Assembly: GCA_025456205.1 (NCBI GenBank)
Contig: JALOLA010000005.1
Span: 5,971-69,970, forward strand
Origin: Acidobacteriota bacterium
GTDB taxonomy: Bacteria > Acidobacteriota > Aminicenantia > UBA2199
Length of the DNA: 64,000 bases
Reading direction: 5' to 3'
In this document: one piece after another, positions 30,084 through 37,673 of the stretch
Layout of the letters: the number at the start of each line of letters is the position of its first letter
How positions within the stretch are numbered: the stretch's first letter is position 1
Made by a program: the position numbers and the translations under genes
The notes under the pieces: model-generated
Seen by the model: the letters and a program-made list of their open reading frames with translations, nothing else
What the model was told of the DNA's origin: nothing
Databases searched by the model: none

Positions 30084-31615
30084 CTCATCCGCAGCTCAAA
30101 GAGGGCGATCTTGCCCAGGGGCCCGGGCCGGATGTTGGCCAGTTTGCGGTTGAAGATGACGACCCGCTTGTCCTGGTACAGCGGCAGGACCAGGCCGTCG
30201 GTGACGAAGGCGCGGTCCACCTCGCGGTAGATGGCCTGGCGCTTGTGGGCGTCGCCCTCGCGGCGGGCCGCGACCAGGAGGTCCAGCAGGTCCTGGCGGC
30301 CGCTGGCGGCGATATTGGCGAATCCCTGCTGCTGCAGCTTCTGCGAAAGCTGGGGAAAAAGCATGCTGTCGGCGTCGGGATAGTCGGCGATCCATCCCGA
30401 GTAGGCCAGGTCATAGTCGCCGCTGGCGACGCGGCGGGCGTATTCCCTGGTGTCCAGGCGGATGAGCTTCACCCTCACCCCGGCCTGCTTCAGGTTCCTG
30501 GCGTATATGGAAAGCAGCTGGAAGAGCAGGCCGTCGTCCCGCTGCAGCAGCATCTCCAGCTCACGCCCGGCGGCGCCCCCCTCCTTCTTGAGCAGGGCCT
30601 GGGCCCTGGCCAGGGAGAAATCCAGGGGCGGCGTCGCGCTCCCGCCCGCGGCCAGCCCCGGAGGCAGCAGCGAGTGGATGGGCAGCACGTAGTCCTGGAA
30701 TACCAGCGTCAGGGCGCGCGGGTCCCAGGCATGGCACAGGGCCTGGCGCACGCCGCGGCTTTTCAGGGCCGGCCGCGCGGCATTGATGACCACGTAGGTC
30801 ACCGAGTAGAGCGGGGCGGCGACGACCTGCACCCAGTCCTGCTTGCGGTACGAGACCATCTTGGAGATCGAATAGGTGGACAGGATGTCCAGCATGCCGT
30901 CCTGAAAATATTTGCTCAGCAGCTCGACCTGGGGCTCGATGGTGTCGATGTATTCGTCGATGGCCGGCCGGCCGCGCCAGTAGTCGGCGTTGGCGGCCAG
31001 TACCAGGCGTTTGTTCCGCTGCCAGGAACTCAGCTTGTAGGGGCCGGTCCCGATCGGGTGGGTCGTGAAAGCGGCGCCGTGCTTCTTCACCGCCGCCGGG
31101 GAAACGATGGCGGCGCAGTCGACGGTCAGCGAGGACAGGAAAGGGGAAAAAGGCTCGGAGAGGATGAATTGCACCTGGTAGGGGCCCGCCTTGCGCACCG
31201 CCCTGAGGTAGGTGAATATCTCGGAAAACAGGGGGGAGTCGCTCGGGCTGTCGGGGCCGGAAAGCTGCAGCTGGCGCTGGAAAGTGAACACCACGGCGTC
31301 GGCGTCGAAGGGGGTGCCGTCATGGAAACGCACGCCGCGGCGCAGCTGGAAGGTCCAGGTGCGGCCGTCGGCGCCGGTCTCCCAGGAAACGGCCAGGGAA
31401 GGCACGATCTTCATGGTGACCGGGTCCAGGCGCACCAGGGTGTCGAATATGTTGAGGACGTAGAAGGACGAGGAATCGTCCCAGACGCGTGCCGGATCGA
31501 GAGTCTGGGGCTCGCGCGTGCTGCCGGCGCGAACCACGCTTCCGGCCAGCAGCGGCGCCGCCAGGGCCAGCAGCAGCAGGCTCAGCCACGCCGGCCTTGT
31601 GCTTTTTATATTCAT
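30080..31615 (-). CDS. Family-5 (peptide/nickel/oligosaccharide type) solute-binding protein
   Basis: 511 aa. Signal peptide, then TLDPARVWDDSSSFYVLNIFDTLVR...RRGVRFHDGTPFDADAVVFTF, which is typical SBP_bac_5. Confidence 0.85.
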   Translation of the reverse strand: MNIKSTRPAWLSLLLLALAAPLLAGSVVRAGSTREPQTLDPARVWDDSSSFYVLNIFDTLVRLDPVTMKIVPSLAVSWETGADGRTWTFQLRRGVRFHDGTPFDADAVVFTFQRQLQLSGPDSPSDSPLFSEIFTYLRAVRKAGPYQVQFILSEPFSPFLSSLTVDCAAIVSPAAVKKHGAAFTTHPIGTGPYKLSSWQRNKRLVLAANADYWRGRPAIDEYIDTIEPQVELLSKYFQDGMLDILSTYSISKMVSYRKQDWVQVVAAPLYSVTYVVINAARPALKSRGVRQALCHAWDPRALTLVFQDYVLPIHSLLPPGLAAGGSATPPLDFSLARAQALLKKEGGAAGRELEMLLQRDDGLLFQLLSIYARNLKQAGVRVKLIRLDTREYARRVASGDYDLAYSGWIADYPDADSMLFPQLSQKLQQQGFANIAASGRQDLLDLLVAARREGDAHKRQAIYREVDRAFVTDGLVLPLYQDKRVVIFNRKLANIRPGPLGKIALFELRMR

Positions 31616-33114
31616 GTCGTTGACTCCTTGGATACCTCCCGGAACACCACCTGTCCCAGCGGCGTGAAGGAAATGCCGCGCACCCTGCGGTTGCAGGCCA
31701 GGTTGTCGATCAGGTGGAACAGCGGGATCCAGGGCACGTCCTTTTTCAGAACGGCCAGGGCCTGCATGTAGATGCGCTCGCGCTGCCCGGCGTCCATCAT
31801 GGACTTGCCTTCGTCGAGCAGGCGGGTCAGCTCGGGGTTCTCATAGAAGAAGCGGTTGCGGTTGCCGGGGGAGAAAGTGAACAGCGGGTAGAGGAAAAAA
31901 TCGGGGTCGGGGCCGGTGGTCCAGCCCATGAGGAGAATATCGTGTTCGCCGCGGTTGGCGGCGTTCACCAGCTGGGGGAATGGCAGCCGGACCTTGCGGA
32001 TTAAGATGTTGACCTTGCGGGCCATGATCGCCAGCAGGTCGGCGATCTCCTGGATGCCTTGCTGGCCTTCGGCGAAATACAGCGAGCAGGAGAAGCCGTC
32101 GGCCAGGCCGGCCATCTTCAGCAGCGAGCGGGCGACATCCAGGTTGAAGCTGTTCACCGGCTGGACCTTCATTTTCGGGAACAGCGGCCGCGGCAGGGGG
32201 GTGAAGGCCGGCTCGGCCAGGTTCTGGAAGATCTGCTTGACCATGTTCCCCTTGTGCATGATATGCAGGAAGGCGGCGCGGACCTCCTTGCGGTCGAAGG
32301 GCGCGCGGCGCGTGTTGAAACCCAGGTAATGGGTGGAGATGGACGGGTTGCTCAGGATGGCGATATCGCTGCGCCGCGACAGCTCCTCGTATTCCTTGCC
32401 CGACTGCACTGCCGCCATGTCGGCGCTGTGGTTGCGGATCTGCAGCAGCCGCCCCAGCGGGTCGGGCATGACCTTGAAAATGATCTTCTCCAGCCTGACC
32501 GTGCCGCCCCAGTAGTCGGGGTTGCGGCCCAGGATCAGGGAGCGGCCCTTCGACCAGCTGGCGAAGCGAAAGGGGCCGGTGCCGACCGGGCGGAACTCCC
32601 CCGCCGGGGCGGGGCGGGGCGGCTGGATGGACGCGGCCGAGTCGGCCAGGGCGACCAGGAAGGGCGCGTAGGGGCGGTCCAGGGAGATCTCCACGCCGTA
32701 GGCGTCCAGGCTGCGCACGGCGGTGATGCAGGAGAACAGGGAACTCAGGCGCTGGTAGATGCGCTGCTTTTTTTGCAGCCGGCTCTGGAACATGTGCAGG
32801 ACGGCGCGCGAGTCGAAGGCGCTGCCGTCATGGAAGCGCACGCCGCGGCGCAGGATGAAGCGCCAGCGCTTGCCCCCGTCATGGATGCTCCAGGCCGTGG
32901 CCAGGCAGGGCTCGACCCCGGTCGTGCCTTTCTTGAAGCGCACCAGCCCTTCGAACACGTTGACGGCGATCTCGGTGGAATACAGGTCCTCGGCCTGCCA
33001 GGGATTCAGGTTGAGGGCGTCGGCCGGGCGCAGGTAGATAATGGAGTTGTCGGCGGCGAAAGCTGTCCCTGCCAGCAGTAAGATCAGCAAGCGGGCCACA
33101 ATGTTCATTGTCAA
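31612..33114 (-). CDS. Family-5 solute-binding protein (paralogue)
   Basis: 500 aa. Signal peptide, then NLNPWQAEDLYSTEIAVNVFEGLVRF...RRGVRFHDGSAFDSRAVLHMF. Has an ATGA overlap with the next SBP. Confidence 0.85.
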   Translation of the reverse strand: MTMNIVARLLILLLAGTAFAADNSIIYLRPADALNLNPWQAEDLYSTEIAVNVFEGLVRFKKGTTGVEPCLATAWSIHDGGKRWRFILRRGVRFHDGSAFDSRAVLHMFQSRLQKKQRIYQRLSSLFSCITAVRSLDAYGVEISLDRPYAPFLVALADSAASIQPPRPAPAGEFRPVGTGPFRFASWSKGRSLILGRNPDYWGGTVRLEKIIFKVMPDPLGRLLQIRNHSADMAAVQSGKEYEELSRRSDIAILSNPSISTHYLGFNTRRAPFDRKEVRAAFLHIMHKGNMVKQIFQNLAEPAFTPLPRPLFPKMKVQPVNSFNLDVARSLLKMAGLADGFSCSLYFAEGQQGIQEIADLLAIMARKVNILIRKVRLPFPQLVNAANRGEHDILLMGWTTGPDPDFFLYPLFTFSPGNRNRFFYENPELTRLLDEGKSMMDAGQRERIYMQALAVLKKDVPWIPLFHLIDNLACNRRVRGISFTPLGQVVFREVSKESTT

Positions 33115-33344
33115 TGATAATAAGTTAATCTCCCCGTTTTTTCAACCGCCCCGCGAAAAAACGGCGATTTTCCCAAGCCCGCCGGTCCGCCGGCTGCATC
33201 CGCCGGCAACGGCGCGGATCAGCGGCCTGGATCGAGCCGGGAAAAGCGGGGGCGAGGCCTGGAATGGGACATGCCGTGAGCGCACCCCCGCGGGGAGATA
33301 ACAGACGGCAGGGAATTTCCGCCATGAAGCGGCGGAAACCGGGG

Positions 33345-33971
33345 CTAGGTGACCCGCCAGCAGCGTTCCCGCACCAGCTGGGCCAGCAGGTACATGAAGA
33401 TGTCGCTGCGCCGGGTGCGGCGGATGTCGTGATTGCGTACGCCGAACCAGAAGCGGCACAGTTCCTCGAGGGCGCGGCATTGCAGGGAGATGCTGCCGGC
33501 CACGCTGTCGATCTCATGGGCGATCATGTTCCTCAGCTTGCGGTTCAGGATGATGACCTGCTCCTGGAAATCCCAGACCGTCCCGGCGCGCTCGTTGCCT
33601 TTGTGGTTCGTTTCCTGGAAAACGGCGTTCCTGACGTCATCCTCGAGCAGCAGGTCGGCCTGGAAGCGGATGAAGTTGCGGAACTGCTCGGCGGGATTGA
33701 CAGGTTCCTCGCGGACCTCGGCGCCGGCCGGGACGTGGGAGAGGAAGGCCAGCAGGTAACGCAGGGTATGGCAGACCTTCTCGCTGCGCTCGCGGCGCCG
33801 GAAGAACGATTCCAGGGCGGCGGGCGACATGTCGCCGCCGAAGCGTTCGGCCAGCATTAAATTCGGGTCGGCCTCCATGATCTTGAGCAGGTAGATCGCC
33901 TCCCTTCTCGCCCAGTCGACCTTGGCCGGGACATTGAAATTGGCGGCGGCGAAGATGTGGTCGATCTTCAT
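33345..33971 (-). CDS. Hypothetical protein, 208 aa
   Basis: Internal ATG 33971 of ORF 33345..34166, 16 nt after the zinc-ribbon ORF stop. Composition is balanced and non-repetitive, unlike the Ala/Arg/Gly/Pro-rich shadow ORFs; appears mostly helical (by eye, not computed). No family recognised. Confidence 0.5.
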   Translation of the reverse strand: MKIDHIFAAANFNVPAKVDWARREAIYLLKIMEADPNLMLAERFGGDMSPAALESFFRRRERSEKVCHTLRYLLAFLSHVPAGAEVREEPVNPAEQFRNFIRFQADLLLEDDVRNAVFQETNHKGNERAGTVWDFQEQVIILNRKLRNMIAHEIDSVAGSISLQCRALEELCRFWFGVRNHDIRRTRRSDIFMYLLAQLVRERCWRVT

Positions 33972-33987
33972 GGGCGGTGCTTGGGGA

Positions 33988-34200
33988 TCATGTCCCCGCC
34001 GGCTGGGCGCAGCATGCTTCCGGGTACAGCTCCATGACCGTGATGCAGTCCGGCTTGAAGCGCGCCTGTCCGCAGCGGGGACAGATCCGCGGCAGCTCGC
34101 AGGGGGGCTGGTAGACGAAATCGAGGCGCTCGTCGTACTCTTCCTCGAAGAGCAGTTCCTCTTCACAGGCCGGGCAATAGAATAGGGTCTTGGTCTTCAT
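33988..34200 (-). CDS. Zinc-ribbon miniprotein, 70 aa
   Basis: MKTKTLFYCPACEEEL...ICPRCGQARF has two CxxC pairs. High GC3. No SD; a sigma-54 promoter abuts the ATG. Confidence 0.45.
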   Translation of the reverse strand: MKTKTLFYCPACEEELLFEEEYDERLDFVYQPPCELPRICPRCGQARFKPDCITVMELYPEACCAQPAGT

Positions 34201-34211
34201 GGCATTGAATT

Positions 34212-34227
34212 AGCAAGAATCGTGCCA
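34212..34227 (-). promoter_or_regulatory. Sigma-54 (RpoN) -24/-12 promoter
   Basis: The minus strand reads TTGGCACGATTCTTGCTAATTCAATGCC then ATG. TGGCACG-N4-TTGCT is an exact match to the TGGCACG-N4-TTGCW core. The predicted TSS is 0-2 nt before ATG 34200. Confidence 0.7.
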
Positions 34228-34303
34228 AAAGCGGATGACCTGCGGAAACCGTTGTGGGTAGATGGTTCTGCGGGTGCGGCCGGCTGGCGGCATTGGCAGG
34301 GTT

Positions 34304-34320
34304 TGTCCCAATTTTGGACA
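34304..34320. promoter_or_regulatory. Palindromic box 1 (putative enhancer/operator)
   Basis: TGTCCCAATTTTGGACA. Confidence 0.55.
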
Positions 34321-34379
34321 AGGCGCCGGGCGGGCCTGCAAAAAGCCTTGTCAACAAAGGGTTTCCAGCCCGGGCCCTC

Positions 34380-34396
34380 TGTTCCAAATTGGGACA
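34380..34396. promoter_or_regulatory. Palindromic box 2
   Basis: TGTTCCAAATTGGGACA. Confidence 0.55.
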
Positions 34397-34447
34397 GGCG
34401 GTCGGTCAACGAAGATCACCTACTACAAAGGATATTTATATTTGCTT

Positions 34448-34464
34448 GTTTCAAATTGGGACGG
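34448..34464. promoter_or_regulatory. Palindromic box 3
   Basis: TGTTTCAAATTGGGACG. Confidence 0.5.
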
Positions 34465-34489
34465 CATCCCCTGGCGCTGTATTTTTGAT

Positions 34490-34518
34490 TTGCTTTTTGT
34501 AAAAAAGGGTTGTATACT
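34490..34518 (+). promoter_or_regulatory. Sigma-70-type promoter candidate for the nitronate-monooxygenase-family gene
   Basis: TTGCTT (34490..34495), 17 nt, TATACT (34513..34518). Leader is about 100 nt. Confidence 0.4.
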
Positions 34519-34626
34519 ATTTTCACTGCCTTTTTTAACGAAATAAGGATCTGGTTCGGCGATAAATGAGCGATCCATTGTCCCGGGGATTTCTCGTCCT
34601 GAGGCGATCGATTGACGGGAGGACGC

Positions 34627-36033
34627 ATGATATTCTTTAAAATGCCCAAGTTGACCATCGGCAAGCGCACGGCGGCACTGCCCATCATCCAGGGCGGCAT
34701 GGGGGTCGGCATATCCCTCTCCGGCCTGGCGGCGGCCGTGGCCGGGCAGGGCGGCATCGGGGTCATCGCCGCCAATGGCATCGGCATGATCGAGCCCGAT
34801 TACTTCGCGGACGGCCGCGCCGCCAACATCCGCGCCATGCGCTCCGAGCTGCGCAAGGCCAGGGCGAAGACCTCGGGGCTGATCGGCGTCAACATCATGG
34901 TGGCGGCCAACGATTTCCAGCAGCTCCTGGATGCCTGCATCGAGGAAAGGGCCGATGCCTTGTTCATGGGCGCCGGGCTGCCGATCAAGAACATCCCCGT
35001 GGCCAGGATCCGCGCCGCCGGCGTCATGGTCATCCCCATTGTCTCCTCCGGCCGCGCCGCCGACCTCATCTTCAAGTACTGGGAAAAGGCCTACCAGGAC
35101 ATTCCCGATGCCGTGGTGGTCGAGGGGCCGCTCGCCGGCGGGCATCTCGGCTTCAGGGCCGACAGGCTCCAGGATGCCGACCAGCAGCTCGAGGTCCTGG
35201 TGCCGCAGGTCGTCGCCGCCCTGGCCCGCTACGAGGAGGCCTTTCACAAGAAGATCCCGGTCATCGCCGCCGGCGGCATCTATACCGGCGAGGACATCCT
35301 GCGCTTCCTGCAGCTGGGCGCGCAGGGAGTGCAGATGGCCACGCGTTTCGTGGCCACCGACGAATGCGACGCTGACCGCCGCTTCAAGGAGGCGTACGTT
35401 TCCTGCCGTCCCGGGGACATCGCCATCATCAAGAGCCCGGTGGGGCTGCCGGGCCGCGCCATCCGCAACCATTTCCTTGACAACGCCGCCGCCGGCGTGC
35501 GCAACGTCAAGCGCTGCGCCTGGCGCTGCCTGGAACAGTGCGACATCCAGCATGCCGATTACTGCATCTCGATCGCCCTGGACAATGCCCGCCGGGGACT
35601 GCTCGACCAGGGCTTCGCTTTCTGCGGCGCCAACGCCCATCGCGTGGAGAGCATCGTTCCCGTGGCCGAGCTGCTGGACGGCCTGAAGCACGAGTATGAG
35701 GCGGCCTTCATCCAGAGCCTGGTCACGCTGAAGGACGAGTACGTCAGGACGATCGAAGGGAAGTTCGCCGGCCTGCAGCAGGATTACCTGCAGGCGCGCC
35801 AGCGCTTCGTGCTCCTGCGCAGCGAGGCCGGCAAGGCCTGGAACCTGCGCCGGGACTCGCTGCGCGAAGATTATGAAAGGGCCCAGGCCCTGTTCGAGAA
35901 TTTGAAGGGCGAATATGAGGCCGCCATGAAAAAACTGAATTCGCTCAAGGAGCGCTTCCCCGAAAACCTGGCCGAACTGCAGGAGATCGCCCGCCGCTTC
36001 CAGGCCGACCCGCTGCCGCAGCCGGCGCGTTAG
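34627..36033 (+). CDS. NAD(P)H-dependent flavin oxidoreductase, nitronate monooxygenase / FabK-like family, with a coiled-coil C-terminal extension
   Basis: LPIIQGGMGVGISLSGLAAAVAGQGGIGVIA, then GPLAGGHLG, then IPVIAAGGIYTGEDI: a TIM-barrel FMN enzyme. The last roughly 110 aa are charged and heptad-like. Start at ATG 34627 (or ATG 34642). Confidence 0.8.
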   Translation: MIFFKMPKLTIGKRTAALPIIQGGMGVGISLSGLAAAVAGQGGIGVIAANGIGMIEPDYFADGRAANIRAMRSELRKARAKTSGLIGVNIMVAANDFQQLLDACIEERADALFMGAGLPIKNIPVARIRAAGVMVIPIVSSGRAADLIFKYWEKAYQDIPDAVVVEGPLAGGHLGFRADRLQDADQQLEVLVPQVVAALARYEEAFHKKIPVIAAGGIYTGEDILRFLQLGAQGVQMATRFVATDECDADRRFKEAYVSCRPGDIAIIKSPVGLPGRAIRNHFLDNAAAGVRNVKRCAWRCLEQCDIQHADYCISIALDNARRGLLDQGFAFCGANAHRVESIVPVAELLDGLKHEYEAAFIQSLVTLKDEYVRTIEGKFAGLQQDYLQARQRFVLLRSEAGKAWNLRRDSLREDYERAQALFENLKGEYEAAMKKLNSLKERFPENLAELQEIARRFQADPLPQPAR

Positions 36034-36043
36034 GTTTTCCGCT

Positions 36044-36742
36044 TCAGGGCGCTTCCGCAGGCAGGGGCAGGCCCAACAGCCCGAACAGAGGCCGGAAATC
36101 CCGCAGCAGATGGTCCGGCGCCGCCGCCCGCAGGTTCTCCTCGCACTCGAAATCAGAGATCATGGCCACGGTCGTGGCCCCGATGGCCCGGCCGCAGGCG
36201 ATATCGGCCGTGGTGTCGCCGATGACGAAGACGTCGCGGGCATCGATGCCGCCGTTGCCTGAGCCGATGCGCCTTTGCGCCTCCCTGGCCAATTCTTCGC
36301 GCTCTTCGGAATGGTCGCCGAACACCCCCCAGGCGAAATGGCCCCACAGGCCCGCGGACTCGAGCTTCAGGCGGGCTCCCTGCGGGATGTTGCCGGTGAG
36401 CAGGGCCGGCTCCAGGTCCGGGCGGCCGCAGCAGGCCCGCAGCAGCTCGCCGGCCAGGGGGTAGACGCGCACCGGTTGCCCGGCCAGGTTCGCGGCCAGG
36501 CGCCGCACGTAGGAATCGAGCACCTGGGCCAGCAGGGCGGGGAGATCGTTGCCGGAAAAGCCGGAAGCGCGCAGGGCGGAGAGGACGATCTGGCGGTCGG
36601 TCCTGCCGGCGAAGGAGATCGGGCGCACCGCTTCCTCCTTGACGCCGGCCTCGGCCAGCGCCGCGTTCAGCGCCCGGCGGCCGGCGCCGCCGGCATGGAC
36701 CAGCGTGCCGTCGATATCGAACAACAGGAACTTCTTGCTCAT
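36044..36742 (-). CDS. HAD-superfamily hydrolase (phosphoglycolate-phosphatase-like)
   Basis: Internal ATG 36742. MSKKFLLFDIDGTLVHAGGAG carries the DxDGT motif. Has the later IGDTTADI motif. Confidence 0.85.
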   Translation of the reverse strand: MSKKFLLFDIDGTLVHAGGAGRRALNAALAEAGVKEEAVRPISFAGRTDRQIVLSALRASGFSGNDLPALLAQVLDSYVRRLAANLAGQPVRVYPLAGELLRACCGRPDLEPALLTGNIPQGARLKLESAGLWGHFAWGVFGDHSEEREELAREAQRRIGSGNGGIDARDVFVIGDTTADIACGRAIGATTVAMISDFECEENLRAAAPDHLLRDFRPLFGLLGLPLPAEAP

Positions 36743-36845
36743 GGTTTCGTTGCCCCATTGTACGCGAGAATCGCTCTTGGGACAACCCGGCGTTGCCGGC
36801 TTGCAAAGGAACACCAGAGCAGGTATAATTCAGGCGGAGGGAACC

Positions 36846-37598
36846 ATGAAAATGTCGATCATCCTTGTCCTGTCCATCCTGATCCTCGCGCCGGCCATCC
36901 TGGCGGAGGATGGCCGGCCCGGACGCTGGACCGCTGAACTGGAAGGGGGAGCCGTCTTCTCGGGCTACAACGATGCGCGCATTCCCAATGTCGGCGGCAC
37001 CCTGGTTTCCCTTTCCGAGGACCTGGACATCGCTGCCAAGGCCTATTATCGGCTCCGGCTCTCCTATGCGTTATCCCGCCGGCACGAGCTGTCGCTGCTC
37101 TACGCCCCGCTGACCCTCAAGGCCCAGGGCGCGCTGCCGGCGGACGTGAATTTCTCGGGAGTGCTCTTCCCGCGCGGAAGCGAGGTCGACGGCATCTACA
37201 CGTTCAACTCCTACCGCCTCACCTACCGCTATCGCCTGGTGGATCGATCGCGCCTGCGCCTTGACATCGGCTTCACCGCCAAGGTCCGCGATGCCGAGAT
37301 CGCGCTGGCCACGCCGGAGCTTGCCGCCAGCAAGACCAACGTCGGCTTCGTGCCGCTGCTGCACCTGCGCCTGGCCTGGGACTGGAACAGCAAGCTGGGC
37401 CTGCTGCTGGAAGCCGATGCCGCCGCCGCCAAGCAGGGGCGCGCCGAGGATGTGCTGCTGGCGCTGAACTGGCGGCTCTCGCCGCGGGCGCAGCTGCGGA
37501 TCGGCTATCGCTTCGTCGAGGGCGGGGCCGATGTCGACGAGGTCTACAATTTCGCCTGGATCCATTATCTCGCCGCCGGGCTGGCTTTGAACTTCTAG
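36846..37598 (+). CDS. Outer-membrane beta-barrel protein, 250 aa
   Basis: Internal ATG 36846. Signal peptide MKMSIILVLSILILAPAILA, alternating-hydrophobic strands, and a C-terminal ...GLALNF. Confidence 0.6.
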   Translation: MKMSIILVLSILILAPAILAEDGRPGRWTAELEGGAVFSGYNDARIPNVGGTLVSLSEDLDIAAKAYYRLRLSYALSRRHELSLLYAPLTLKAQGALPADVNFSGVLFPRGSEVDGIYTFNSYRLTYRYRLVDRSRLRLDIGFTAKVRDAEIALATPELAASKTNVGFVPLLHLRLAWDWNSKLGLLLEADAAAAKQGRAEDVLLALNWRLSPRAQLRIGYRFVEGGADVDEVYNFAWIHYLAAGLALNF

Positions 37599-37673
37599 GC
37601 CGGTCCGCCCCATATCCGCCTGATCCGATTTCGAAATGGCGCCCGGCCGGGAATGCGCCGGAAGGAAACCCCG

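Noticed and set aside
36777-36784. TTGGGACA half-site in the HAD/OM-barrel divergent region as a fourth enhancer box
   Set aside because: Only one half of the 17-bp palindrome is present. An 8-mer match could be chance, so it is recorded only as a pointer for a genome-wide motif scan.
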